Source of the DNA: Opitutales bacterium
Lineage (GTDB): Bacteria > Verrucomicrobiota > Verrucomicrobiia > Opitutales > UBA2987
Assembly: GCA_965226885.1 (NCBI GenBank)
Contig: CBDDEL010000015.1
Coordinates: forward strand, 128,001-192,000
Reading direction: 5' to 3'
DNA length: 64,000 nt
In this document: positions 40,234 to 50,742 of the stretch, piece by piece
Position numbering within the stretch: the stretch's first letter is position 1
How the letters are laid out: the number at the start of each line of letters is the position of its first letter
The notes under the pieces: generated by a model
The model's database searches: none
What the model saw: the letters and a program-made list of their open reading frames with translations, nothing else
Told to the model about the DNA's origin: nothing
Position numbers and translations under genes: made by a program

Positions 40234-42495
40234 ATGACAGGCAGCGGCGTTCTTGCCCCGGAGAAAAAACCCCTCAAGCAGCGGATTTTGGAGGAGTTCG
40301 AGCCGCGCCGCTTTATCCCTAATTTAATGGCCGGATTTGTTGTCGGCATTATCGTTGTCATTGTTTCCATTTCGCTGGCCGCACTGATTTTTTCAGGTGA
40401 GCTGGCCCAGTACCTGCCAGATGGGATCGGCCTGGTTCTTTATTCCGGAATCATCGTCACCGGCCTGATTTCCCTAACCAGCTCTTATTCTGGAATGATT
40501 GCCTACCCGCAGGAACGGGTGGCCCCCATCCTGGCTGTTATCGCCACTTTTATTATGACCGGGATGAGCGGCCAGGCCGAGACCGAGGTAATTTTCCTGA
40601 CCGTGGTGGCCGCCATCACCATGGCATCTTTAACCAACGGGATTTTTTTATCGGCCCTGGGATTTTTCAAACTTGGCGGGCTGATCCGGTTTATACCCTA
40701 CCCGGTCATCGGGGGATTTTTGGCCGGGACCGGCTGGCTGCTGGTACGCGGTTCCATCGGGGTGATGTCCGGGTTGCATGTCAGCATGGAGGAGATCCAT
40801 CATCTGTTTGAAGCCGCGGTGATTTTAAAATGGGTCATCGGTGTGCTATTCGGCATTGCCATGGTGGTCGTGAGTCATCGCATCAGTCACTACCTGACTA
40901 TGCCGGTGCTGTTGCTCGGCGGTGTCGCCTTGTTTTATATCGTATTGCTGATCGGGCAGTGGTCTCCCACCGAGGCGCGCACGGCTGGTTGGCTACTGGG
41001 GCCATTTCCCGAAGCCAGCATGTGGAAGCCTCTCTCCGTGAAAGCATTTTCGCAGGCCGATTGGGGCGCCATTTCCGCCCAGACCGGGAACCTCGCCACG
41101 ATTCTTCTCATCAGCGTGGTATCGGTGCTACTGAACTCGGGGGCGCTCGAATTGATTGTTAAAAAAGACATCGACCTGAACCGTGAGCTGAAAGTTTCCG
41201 GAGCCGCCAACCTACTCGTGGCACTGGGCGGCGGCACGGTCGGTTTTCATTCCCTGGCCATCTCCCGGCTGGTTAACAAGATGGGGGCCAACAGCCGACT
41301 GGTGGGAGTGGTGGCGGCCATCATGTGCGCCCTCATGCTTGTCTTCGGGACCTTGGTTCTGGAGTATTTCCCGCGTCTCATACTGGGCGGACTCCTCTTC
41401 TTCCTTGGAATGCACTTTTTGGTCGATTGGGTTTACGACGCCTGGTTCCGCCTCACCAGGGCCGATTACTTTGTAGTGATCATGATATTGGCTTTTGTAG
41501 CCCGGTTCGGTTATTTGCATGGAGTGGTGGTGGGCATCATCGCCTGCGTCATCCTCTTTCTGGTCAACTACAGCAGGGTCGATGTGGTCAAACACGCCCT
41601 GACCGGAGAAAATCACCACAGCAATGTCGATCGCCCGGCCCGTCATTATCGCATCCTCCACCGCAAGGGCCAGAAACTCTACATTTTCAAACTACAGGGA
41701 TTTATCTTTTTTGGAACCGCCAATGGATTGCTGCAGCAGGTGCGGAAACGTATCGACAACGCCGAACTGCCGCCCCTCCGGTTTATGATTCTGGATTTTT
41801 CCAATGTCAGCGGCATCGATTCATCCTCTACCCTCAGTTTTATCAAGATGAAGCAGTTGGCCGAAAAGAATAAATTCACCATGGTCTTTACCCACCTTTC
41901 AGGCGAAATCAACCGGCAGTTGCAAAGGGAAGATTTCGACAAAACCCCGGAAGACATATACCGCACTTTTTCCGACCTGGATTACGCCGTGGAATGGTGC
42001 GAAAACCAGATACTCGAAGACGAGCACATCAGCGCCAGTGAATACGACAACATCGAGCTTCATGACCAATTGCGGGAAAACTTCCCCCAAGGCTTCGATC
42101 TCGATAAACTCCTGGGCTATTTCGAACGCCTTGAGGTCGAGGAAAATTACTGCCTCATGCACCAGAACGATCCCGCTGAAGACCTCTTTCTGATAGAAAA
42201 AGGCCAAGTCACGGCGAAATTGATCCTTGATGAAGAAAAGGGGAAAGAAATCCGCCTGCGCACCATGTGTTCCGGCACCATCGTGGGAGAAGTGGGATTA
42301 ATCTTGAAAGAACCGCGCTCAGCCACCGTGGTGACCGACCGGCCCAGCACGATCTACCGGTTATCGGCCGAATCCCTCAATGAAATGGATGAGAACGACC
42401 CTGAAATCGCGGTCGCCTTTCACAACTTTATCACCCGCCTCATAGCGGAAAGACTGTCCAATGCCAACAAGGCCATTCAATCCATTCTGGAGTAG
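40234..42495 (+). CDS. SulP-family anion transporter with STAS and cNMP-binding domains
   Basis: RFIPYPVIGGFLAG, LQGFIFFGTA, IDSS and GEVGL...PRSATV motifs. Confidence 0.9.
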   Translation: MTGSGVLAPEKKPLKQRILEEFEPRRFIPNLMAGFVVGIIVVIVSISLAALIFSGELAQYLPDGIGLVLYSGIIVTGLISLTSSYSGMIAYPQERVAPILAVIATFIMTGMSGQAETEVIFLTVVAAITMASLTNGIFLSALGFFKLGGLIRFIPYPVIGGFLAGTGWLLVRGSIGVMSGLHVSMEEIHHLFEAAVILKWVIGVLFGIAMVVVSHRISHYLTMPVLLLGGVALFYIVLLIGQWSPTEARTAGWLLGPFPEASMWKPLSVKAFSQADWGAISAQTGNLATILLISVVSVLLNSGALELIVKKDIDLNRELKVSGAANLLVALGGGTVGFHSLAISRLVNKMGANSRLVGVVAAIMCALMLVFGTLVLEYFPRLILGGLLFFLGMHFLVDWVYDAWFRLTRADYFVVIMILAFVARFGYLHGVVVGIIACVILFLVNYSRVDVVKHALTGENHHSNVDRPARHYRILHRKGQKLYIFKLQGFIFFGTANGLLQQVRKRIDNAELPPLRFMILDFSNVSGIDSSSTLSFIKMKQLAEKNKFTMVFTHLSGEINRQLQREDFDKTPEDIYRTFSDLDYAVEWCENQILEDEHISASEYDNIELHDQLRENFPQGFDLDKLLGYFERLEVEENYCLMHQNDPAEDLFLIEKGQVTAKLILDEEKGKEIRLRTMCSGTIVGEVGLILKEPRSATVVTDRPSTIYRLSAESLNEMDENDPEIAVAFHNFITRLIAERLSNANKAIQSILE

Positions 42496-42521
42496 GCGAT
42501 AGACCGCCAGGCCGTTAGTCT

Positions 42522-42896
42522 ATGGAAACAGAGGGCAAAGTAAGGATCGACAAATGGCTATGGGCCGTGCGGGCCTTTAAAGCCAGAAGCAAAGCCGCCC
42601 AGGCTTGCAAATCCGGCCAAGTGGAGATTGGCGGGGTAAAAGTCAAACCCTCGCGAACCATCGCTCCGGGAGATCTCATCGAGCTTAGCAAAGAAGGGCT
42701 AAAGAGAACTTTAAAAGTGATCGGAATGCTAGAAAATAGAGTCGGCGCCCCGCGCGTGGCCGAATTTATGAAAGATTTGACCCCCGCAACGGAAATAGCG
42801 GCCAACCTCAAAAGCAGTCGGGAAGCGGCCGATTACGCCAAATCCACCTCCCGGGACCGCCGCCGCCTGCGCCAATTCCTGGACGAACAATGTTAA
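42522..42896 (+). CDS. hslR: S4-domain ribosome-associated heat-shock protein Hsp15
   Basis: RIDKWLWAVRAFKARSKA. Confidence 0.85.
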   Translation: METEGKVRIDKWLWAVRAFKARSKAAQACKSGQVEIGGVKVKPSRTIAPGDLIELSKEGLKRTLKVIGMLENRVGAPRVAEFMKDLTPATEIAANLKSSREAADYAKSTSRDRRRLRQFLDEQC

Positions 42897-43026
42897 AACA
42901 CCCCCCTTTTAGCGTATTGACGGTGGCACAAATGTGCTTGCGGCTGGCGGGCGATTGGGTAAAGATAATGGCAATCCATTCAACAACATCAAGGTTTGGA
43001 AAGTGAAAGAAAAAGAGGTTTATCGC

Positions 43027-43221
43027 ATGAAAGTCCTGGGCGGGCGTTTACCGAAGGCGAGCGAGCGCTTCGACCGCTTGCAGGAGACAGCCTTCAAACT
43101 CACCGGCGGATTACCCTACCGCAGGGGGGTTTATCGATTTAACACTTTTGCCGAATTCAATCAGTGGAAAACCAGCCAAGCGATTAGCCGCCCCGCCCAC
43201 CCAGGCAAAGCGACCTCGTAA
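43027..43221 (+). CDS. Small basic protein overlapping a nucleotidyltransferase gene
   Basis: PYRRGVYRFNTFAEFNQW; start position uncertain. Confidence 0.55.
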   Translation: MKVLGGRLPKASERFDRLQETAFKLTGGLPYRRGVYRFNTFAEFNQWKTSQAISRPAHPGKATS

Positions 43222-43685
43222 GCCTCTGCCGTGAGCTTAACAAAAGCAAAGCCCGCTATCTGGTTATTGGCGGTATGGCTGTGATCCAGCACGGGTTTCT
43301 GCGCGCCACAGAAGACATCGATCTGTTAATTGAACACTCCATCGACAACGAGCAGGCCGTTCGCCGGGCCTTAGAGACCCTGCCGGACAAAGCGGTGCGG
43401 CAAATGACCGAAGATGATTTACTGAATTATCAAGTCGTGCGTGTCGCTGATGAAATTGTGGTGGACCTCATGCTGAAGGCATGCGGGGTGAATTTTGAAG
43501 ATGCCGAAAAGGAAATTGAAATCAAAGAGATCGAGGGTGTCCCCATCCCGTTTGCCTCGGCAAGACTGCTGCTGCAAATGAAACAAACAGTGAGGGAAAA
43601 AGACATTTTGGATAGACAATTTCTAGAGCAACTAATCACGGCAGGAAAAAACCGAGCCCCTCAAGAAAGCAAAGAAAACAGTTAA
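43164..43685 (+). pseudogene. Pol-beta-like nucleotidyltransferase with early in-frame amber
   Basis: GTG at 43164 gives MENQPSD*PPRPPRQSDLVSLCRELNKSKARYLVIGGMAVIQHGFLRATEDIDLL; TAG at 43185-43187. Confidence 0.65.
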
Positions 43686-43817
43686 CCAACACTTTTCCTT
43701 TTTTATCGTCGTTGCTCATTTCTAGGTCTAAATTATTCAATAATTGTATTGATTTTATATATTGAGTGCCTGAAAACTTTGAATTCGATCCGGCCCCGGC
43801 CAATAGAAAAGCAAACT

Positions 43818-44579
43818 ATGAAAGAACGATTGCAACGTTGGATGGGGAAAACGGCTCTGGTTACCGGCGCCACTTCGGGAATCGGCTATGCCACGGCGGA
43901 AGCTCTGGCCGGCATCGGCATGAAAGTTGCAATTACGGGTAGACGTGCCGAACGCCTGGCGGAATTGAAAGAGCGGCTCGAATCCGGGGGCGCTGAAATT
44001 CTCACCATACCGGTCGACCAAACCATCGCCGAGGCTAATCGTGAGATTTTCCAGAAAATTCGAAGCCATTGGGGAGAGTTGGATGTTCTCATCAATAATG
44101 CCGGGATCGGTGTTGCTGAAAATATTGCAGTTTTAAAAGAGCATAAACTGCAGGCCATGATCGACCTCAATATTCGCGCTGCCACCCTTTGCATGCAGGA
44201 AGCCCTCAAGCAGATGAAGTCGAAAGAGGAAGCCGTTATCATCAACATTGGGTCCATGTCCGGGCACCGGATGATACAGGGTGCGGGCGGGGCCTTTTAT
44301 GCCGGCGTCAAGAACGCCTTCAGAATCATTGCCGACGGATTGCGTTATGAATTGGCAGAGGAGAAAAGCGCGGTCAAACTGTGCATGATTTCACCCGGCC
44401 TGGTGGAAACGGAATTTCATCGGGTGGCGCGGGATATGGGCGACGATGAAAAAACCGAATACAAATTTCCGCCCCTGCAACCCCAAGATATAACCGATGC
44501 CGTCCTCTACATCCTGTCAACCCCGCCCACCGTGCAAATAAGCGATATCATGATTCGCAGCACCCGCCAGGCATCCTAG
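43818..44579 (+). CDS. Short-chain dehydrogenase/reductase
   Basis: TGATSGIG, NNAG, YAGVK and ISPGLVETEF motifs. Confidence 0.9.
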   Translation: MKERLQRWMGKTALVTGATSGIGYATAEALAGIGMKVAITGRRAERLAELKERLESGGAEILTIPVDQTIAEANREIFQKIRSHWGELDVLINNAGIGVAENIAVLKEHKLQAMIDLNIRAATLCMQEALKQMKSKEEAVIINIGSMSGHRMIQGAGGAFYAGVKNAFRIIADGLRYELAEEKSAVKLCMISPGLVETEFHRVARDMGDDEKTEYKFPPLQPQDITDAVLYILSTPPTVQISDIMIRSTRQAS

Positions 44580-44624
44580 CTAGACCAGGCTTGGCCCTAG
44601 GTCTATTGAGGCTGCCGGGCCTGT

Positions 44625-47087
44625 CTATTCAGGCAACGGTCTTTTCATTACCTCGCGAAATGTCAGGGGCGTTTCTGTCGAAAGTTTTTTAGTAGGTATT
44701 AATAAACTGGCCAGACTGCCCACAATCAGGGTTATGGTGATCCCTATCGGTGAGGGCCATTGCCAGCTCAGGTTGGTGAAAAAATAAACAAATCCATCGC
44801 CGAATAAACGGCCGCAAACGGCTTGCAGCCAGGCAATCTCACTGAAAAATGAGGCGAAACAACTGGAAAAGGAAAACAATCCGGCCAGGGCGCCGATCAC
44901 CACACCGGCCGAATGACTTCTTCGGCTGAACATTCCAAGAATAAAAATACCAAAGAGCGGTCCAAAAAAGGCCCCCAGGATTTTGTTGCCTGCCTGGTAA
45001 ATTTCACCCATTCCCTCGATATTGGTGGCGATAAAAATCATCATTATCCCAAGAAAAAAATTGATAAACCGGGAGACAGTCAGTTGCCGCCGATTTTCCC
45101 GCTCATCCAGATTTCTGGCCGGGCGTTTGCGGCCTAAAACAAGGCGGTTGTAAAAATCGACCATGATGATTGATGTCACTGAATTGAGGGCGGCATCCAC
45201 GCTCGATAAAGAGGCCGCAAATATGGCCGCGATGACGATACCGGATAGCCCTATGGGAAAATGCTGCGACATGAAGTAGGGCAGGACACGATCGTTCTGC
45301 ATGCCCTCGGGGAAAGGAAAATGATGAAAAAAAGCGAAAAGGGCCAATCCAACGAAACCGAGGACAAACATCCATACGGTATCGGATATGGCGCTGATGA
45401 TAAAGGATTTGCGGGCATCGGCCAACGATTTGGATGACTGGAAACGCTGGATAGCAATCTGATCAACCGTGTATCTATCCGGTGAATTTGCTTAACAATA
45501 TCAAGGTGCAAATACCAATCAAAGTGACCTCAGTTGTCATGTAATTTACAAAACGTTCACCCAGGTTGGCTCCAGGAGCGACATCCCCGGTGAGGTTCAA
45601 ACGACCCGCCTCCTTGGCCAAACTCCAAACCTCGCTCATCCCGCCCGGTATCTGTGAAACAATAAAAATAAAGGTGGCGGCCAGACCGCCGAACATAATG
45701 CAAAATTGCGTAACATCGGTCCATACAACGGCCCTCATTCCGCCCAGCATGGTATAGAGAGTGACCACGGATCCCAAAACAACTACCATCAGAGTGAGGT
45801 CCAGTTGGCCGCTGGTGGCCGCATTCACGGCCAAGCAGGGAACATAGATGGCCGCGCCCATCCAGCCCACCCGCCAGAGAATATATATACAGGCTGCAAT
45901 AGTTCTAACCGTCAGCCCGAACCTCTGTTCGAGATACTCGTAGGCGGAGTAAACGTCCAGGCGTTTGTAAAATGGCAGGGTTACCCGGGAAATCCACGGA
46001 TAGGCCGGTATCCACGCCAGAAACCCCATAATAAAGACCATACCGATGGCAAAGACGACCGCCGGCGCCTGCACATAATCCAGACCGCTGTTGAGAGCCG
46101 CCATCAACGATATCCCAACGGTTAGCCAGCCGAGTTTTTGCCCTCCCCGTATGTAGTCGTCTAAAGATTTTTGCCGTTTGCCGTCTTGAAAAATAGAGCC
46201 CGATACCCATCAGGACACTCAGGTAAACCACTATAATCAGCGCATCAATCCAGTGGAATCCCCGGTAGTGTTAACATGACGAATGTTTGATATTGCTGTT
46301 GTATTCCCAGATGAACAAGCACAGGACACGAAAATGCATGACCAAAGATTTGGAGAATGACAGCGTTTTGGCACATAGCGTGACAGAGACTGTCGCAAGG
46401 TATTGTTCCAGCGTTCGATATGGGCGGTTTGACCGGATTGTTTCCCGCTGGCGCTGTTGTGAGGGAAAACCTTGTCATAGCTCTCCCAGAAATCGCTTAC
46501 GGTGGCACAGTTGCGATACGGTTGGGCGATGTTGTGATTCAACTGCCAGCACGTTTGATCGCTACGATCACCCAGGGCAAAGCCGACGACCTGTCGGGTA
46601 CGTCGGCACAAGGCTACCCATAGAGCCATACCTACCCCGAACGCTTATCGCCCCAGAATGACCACACCTCGTCCAGCTCCAGCACATCATTACACTGGCG
46701 AGCAAGCAGGGTGGAGTCCAGCATCGGCAAACTCAGGACTTTTTTTTAATCCATTCAATGACCGTCTTTGGGGCTACCCCGAAGGTACGGTAAATGGCAC
46801 GCAGGCTCATCCGGTTTTGGTGCGCACGGAGCACTTGCTCGACCAATGCCGGGGGATGCTCACGACTTTTAGGGTGAAGCCGAAACTGATAACCACACCT
46901 CTTGCATCGATACTTCTGAACCCCTTTCGGATCCTTGCCGTGCTTGATGATGTGATCGCTTCCGCATTGAGGACATTTTACTGTGATATGGACCATTCCC
47001 AGTTCACAACATAATCACGCTAAAAAGTACAGCTTAAACATTCAAAATGTTAACACTACCGAATCCCCCATGTGCCATACCAGACAT
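44625..47087 (-). pseudogene. Sodium:solute symporter (SSS) broken by an IS1 insertion and two micro-duplications
   Basis: SAYEYLEQRF, LGGMRAVVWTD and AIFAASLSS motifs. IS1 after codon 9; 7-bp duplication at 46171-46184; 4-bp duplication at 45472-45479. Confidence 0.9.
46264..47060 (-). mobile_element. IS1-family element A (insA 46733-46996; insB degenerate)
   Basis: Inverted repeats GGTAGTGTTAACAT; 8-bp target duplication GAATCCCC; InsA zinc ribbon (CPQC..CKRC); insB has a stop and frameshifts. Confidence 0.9.
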
Positions 47088-47395
47088 GTGTTGATGAAGT
47101 AGATTCTCGCTAACGATCTTTTAAAAACGAGCGTTACGGCAACTGCTCGAGTTCACATCCAACGGTTTACAGTGGAAAATTCGGGGCACTGATAAGAAAA
47201 GATTTATAAAGTCCGCTAAGTCAAACTTTTCCGAAAAAATCGACATAACCTTTATACTTTATCAGGATTCAGGAATCGACAATCCTGATTTCTGTCTCTT
47301 GTATCCTATCGATCGCAATCCGCCTGTTAGCACAAATATTGTCGAAAAACAAAAAACAATCCTGCTCTTAATCTTTAAATTAATTAGAAATTGAA

Positions 47396-48545
47396 ATGCC
47401 AATTATAAAGGGAGTCGAATTTCGTCAGTTTTCAGCCAATCATCTTAATGCCAAGCGAAATTGGCTGGTGGTAAAACTTAATACCGACGATCCCAATCTC
47501 TATGGTCTTGGCGATGCCAGCCCGATGGCTAACGACAAAGAGGTCAAGAGCCTTATCAACACCTTTGTGGAAAGGTTTTTGGGTAGTGTATTAAGTAGGA
47601 ATGGTGGCTAATTCTTGATTATATTGATGAATGAAAAGTCTCAGACAGGTTTCATGCATACTCTTAAGCTTGGAAAAGGAGAGGGTTTTGCGTGTGAAAC
47701 GACCCAGTCGTTGGCGCAGGGTATTGTTCCATCGTTCCACATGGGCCGTTTCACCGGTTTCTTTTCCCACGGATCGGTTATGAGGAAAGACTTCATCATA
47801 AGTGCTCCAAAAGTCGCTGTAGGTAGCACATCTTTTGTAGGCCCGTGGCAGACGCTCGTAAAGTTCCCGGCAACGATACCAATCCCGAGGCCCAATGGCA
47901 TAGGAGAGGATTTGACGGGTGCGTCGGCAAAGAGCGATCCAAACCCATTGGGCATCGCTCTTGCGCCCCACAAAAGACCACAGTTCGTCCAGTTCAATGA
48001 CATCATGGCGGCGGGCCGCAAGAATCGTGCTTTTGAGCGGTCGCAGCGATTGTCGTTTTTTTTAACCAACTCAAAACGGTGTTGGGACTCACCCCGAAGG
48101 CGCGCTGTAAACCGCGTAGACTGCTGCGTTCCTGATAGACTCGAAGGATCATTTCTTTTTGCTCTTCGGTGTATTTCACTGTGGGGTTTTCGCGGCTTTG
48201 TTTACCACAATCATGGCAGCGGTAGCGCTGTTTATGGTTGGGCGTCTTGCCAAATTTAATGATATTTTCACTTCCACAGTGCCGACAATTAATAATTTTA
48301 GTAACCATGCACTAAGAATAAACTGCCTAACGCTATTTGTACAGCTAAAAATACAAAATAACATTCTTTTTTTATACACTACCCACTATTTTAGCATATT
48401 CGATGGTTTTCCCCGGCAAACGGACGGTTATGTAACCCTCAGCGACGCGCCCGGCCTGGGGCTGGAAATCAACGAAGAGGAAATCTCGGCACACCCTCCT
48501 TATGAAAAGGGCACTCACCCACAAAACTTAGTGAGAGGGATCTAA
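47396..48545 (+). pseudogene. Mandelate racemase/galactonate dehydratase-like enolase-superfamily gene with its centre replaced by IS1
   Basis: N-terminus RNWLVVKLNTDD..GLGDA (47396-47581) and C-terminus DGYVTLSDAPGLGLEINEE (48384-48545); catalytic barrel missing. Confidence 0.8.
47582..48383 (-). mobile_element. IS1-family element B (insA 48003-48308; insB to 47591 via A8 frameshift site at 48056-48063)
   Basis: Inverted repeats GGTAGTGTAT; LDELWSF, SDFW and HVERWNNTLRQRLGRFTRKTLSFSK motifs; no target duplication. Confidence 0.92.
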
Positions 48546-48558
48546 GGAATGATCATAT

Positions 48559-49317
48559 TCAAGTGGAAATTTTCCACATTTTCTTTTTCCGGCGCTTCAT
48601 TTTATCTACCGATTCACCGCGCAGCCGGTCCCATAGTGAAGATTCACCGCGCAGCCGGTCCCATAGTGAAATCCCTGCGCGACGTTCGATTTCAGTCGTT
48701 AAACAAAGAAAATCGGATAACGGTTTACGGGTGGATTCGTTTGCCAGAATGAAAGACCACAATGACAGTTTGCCCTTTATATTTTCTGCCAGGACAGATT
48801 TGAAATAGGCATGTGGAATTGGAATAACAACGTCGTTTTTATCGTCCTTGCCTATAACCTTGATCGGTTTTTCGATATCGAAGAGCGGACCGCATATCAC
48901 ATAAACTTCAACATATTTTTTGGCAAGATTGCGCACTTCCTGTTCCAGTTTTTTCCAAATACCACGATTGAAGTTAGGTCTTTGCGGAGACATATTGGAA
49001 AGTAGAAAAGTTTCGCTATTTTTGATTCCGGTGGCGCGGCGGTCCGCGCTGGCGACCAAATGCCCTCGATCAAAACCGGAACCTTCGTAATCAATCAAAT
49101 CGGGCCGAAACTTTTCCGGTACCCGCAGGTCGGGCCGAAAACTATCTAATCTTTCAACTTCATTCCTTATGTTTTCCGGGTCTATTACCTCCATGACCCA
49201 TCGTGCCTGTCTAAAAAGATAAGAATAACCAACAATATATTCCCGGTTAAAAAGCAACTGGTCTGCTGTTGGAATTCCATACCTGGTTTCTGGTCTTAAA
49301 CTTGGTATTGCAATCAT
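48559..49317 (-). CDS. DNA/RNA non-specific endonuclease (NucA/EndoG type)
   Basis: FDRGHL and NMSPQRPNFNRGIWKKLE motifs; in-frame 30-bp duplication at 48611-48670. Confidence 0.9.
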   Translation of the reverse strand: MIAIPSLRPETRYGIPTADQLLFNREYIVGYSYLFRQARWVMEVIDPENIRNEVERLDSFRPDLRVPEKFRPDLIDYEGSGFDRGHLVASADRRATGIKNSETFLLSNMSPQRPNFNRGIWKKLEQEVRNLAKKYVEVYVICGPLFDIEKPIKVIGKDDKNDVVIPIPHAYFKSVLAENIKGKLSLWSFILANESTRKPLSDFLCLTTEIERRAGISLWDRLRGESSLWDRLRGESVDKMKRRKKKMWKIST

Positions 49318-49465
49318 TTTGGGCCTCCGATTCTGTTGTGGTGTTAATCTCTCGCGAGAATTGTATGGTTTTTGCGAAGCTCGGATAATAGCTCACACAC
49401 ATACGGGATGTTGCTATTATTAACTTTAAACTTATGATTCGGCAAGTAAAAAAACACTTATTTGT

Positions 49466-50131
49466 TCAACGTAATGCCAAGGCTTCAAGAACCGTTTCGA
49501 TTTTAGAAGAATCGGCCCATGTGGAATAAAAAACCAGGCGCCCGTCCTCATCCACGACAAAGGCGGCATTGGGCACTTTTCCGTAAAGCCGGAGAACCTT
49601 TTCATCCACTCCATCGACGAAAACCTGGAGGCTGGTTTGGGCCGACAGTTTACATGCGTTGGCCATTTTTTCCTCATCCCTACGGGTATGCCGGTAATCG
49701 CGATAGCCCGGTTCTCCGGGATGCCTCTCGCGCGAATAAATGAGAAATAAAGCTGCCTCGTCTGGGTTGAATTTTTGTTGCAGCGCCGTCCATCGTTTTA
49801 CCTGGTTCATGGCAGGGGGGCAGGTTAAAGCTACAAACATAAAAGCGGCAGGGCGGCCCCTCAGGTCGGATAATTTGAATTTTCCGCCATTGGCCAAAGG
49901 CAGCTCGAAGTCCGGAGCGAGTTGGCCAATCTTGTTCCAGAGCAGAAAGCGAAAAAACCACGGATACTCGACCCAGTGGCGCGGATCCGCAATCATGCGC
50001 AAAAGGCTGATTTTCTTTCGCATGGCCCGCACTTCTTCACGACCGTAGAAGGAAAGAAAAATATTGCGGAATGGTTTAAACCCAATAGAACCGTATCGCT
50101 TAATTAAAGTCGGCGACCAGGGTTGTTTCAT
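49466..50131 (-). CDS. Thioredoxin-fold, iodothyronine-deiodinase-like protein (Cys form)
   Basis: APDFEL...LSDLRGRP...ALTCPP...IYSRERHPGE...YGKVPN. Confidence 0.7.
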   Translation of the reverse strand: MKQPWSPTLIKRYGSIGFKPFRNIFLSFYGREEVRAMRKKISLLRMIADPRHWVEYPWFFRFLLWNKIGQLAPDFELPLANGGKFKLSDLRGRPAAFMFVALTCPPAMNQVKRWTALQQKFNPDEAALFLIYSRERHPGEPGYRDYRHTRRDEEKMANACKLSAQTSLQVFVDGVDEKVLRLYGKVPNAAFVVDEDGRLVFYSTWADSSKIETVLEALALR

Positions 50132-50171
50132 TATCGATCAGGACGAGTTGGTGGGCGATGGGGGGATCATT

Positions 50172-50726
50172 TCAAATCAGGCCCAGCTCCATTTTGCCTT
50201 CTTCGCTGATCATCTCCTGGTTCCAGGGCGGGTCCCAGACAAGTTCCGCCTTGGCGTCCCCAACTCCGGGTATTTGGCAGACCCTTGATTCGGCGTCCGC
50301 CGCGATGGCCGGGCCCATGCCGCAGCCGGGAGCGGTGAGGGTCATGAGAATCTCAACATCGTATTTGCCGGATTCGTTTTCAGGCTGCACTTGCAACGAG
50401 TAAACCAGGCCGAGATCGACAATATTAACCGGTATTTCGGGGTCGTAAACCGACTTCAGGGCATCCCAGAGGGCATTTTCATCGGGTGGGCCTGAGTTTT
50501 CGGTTTTGGGGGAAGCTTCCGCAGGTGTTTGCTCAACCGCTTCTTCGCCAATGGCATCCGCGTTTTCTCCCGTGATACGAGCCATGCCCATGGCCCACAA
50601 AATTGTAAAGTTTCCGCCCAGCCGGTGGGTGATTTGCACGGTGGCCCCCTTGGGGATGGTGCATGATTCACCGGAGGGTATTACTGTCGCGGGACAATCT
50701 CGCGATACAATCCGATCTTCTTCCAT
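50172..50726 (-). CDS. sufT: Fe-S cluster assembly protein SufT (DUF59)
   Basis: [27 protein letters not shown] and VWDPPW motifs. Confidence 0.9.
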   Translation of the reverse strand: MEEDRIVSRDCPATVIPSGESCTIPKGATVQITHRLGGNFTILWAMGMARITGENADAIGEEAVEQTPAEASPKTENSGPPDENALWDALKSVYDPEIPVNIVDLGLVYSLQVQPENESGKYDVEILMTLTAPGCGMGPAIAADAESRVCQIPGVGDAKAELVWDPPWNQEMISEEGKMELGLI

Positions 50727-50742
50727 AGCTATGAATATAAGA

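Noticed and set aside
44865..44876. 6-bp duplication GGAAAA x2 in the SSS pseudogene
   Set aside because: Short, in-frame and low-complexity, so it could be chance; not counted in the duplication signature.
49800..49840. Selenocysteine in the deiodinase-like gene
   Set aside because: The active-site codon is TGC (Cys), not TGA.
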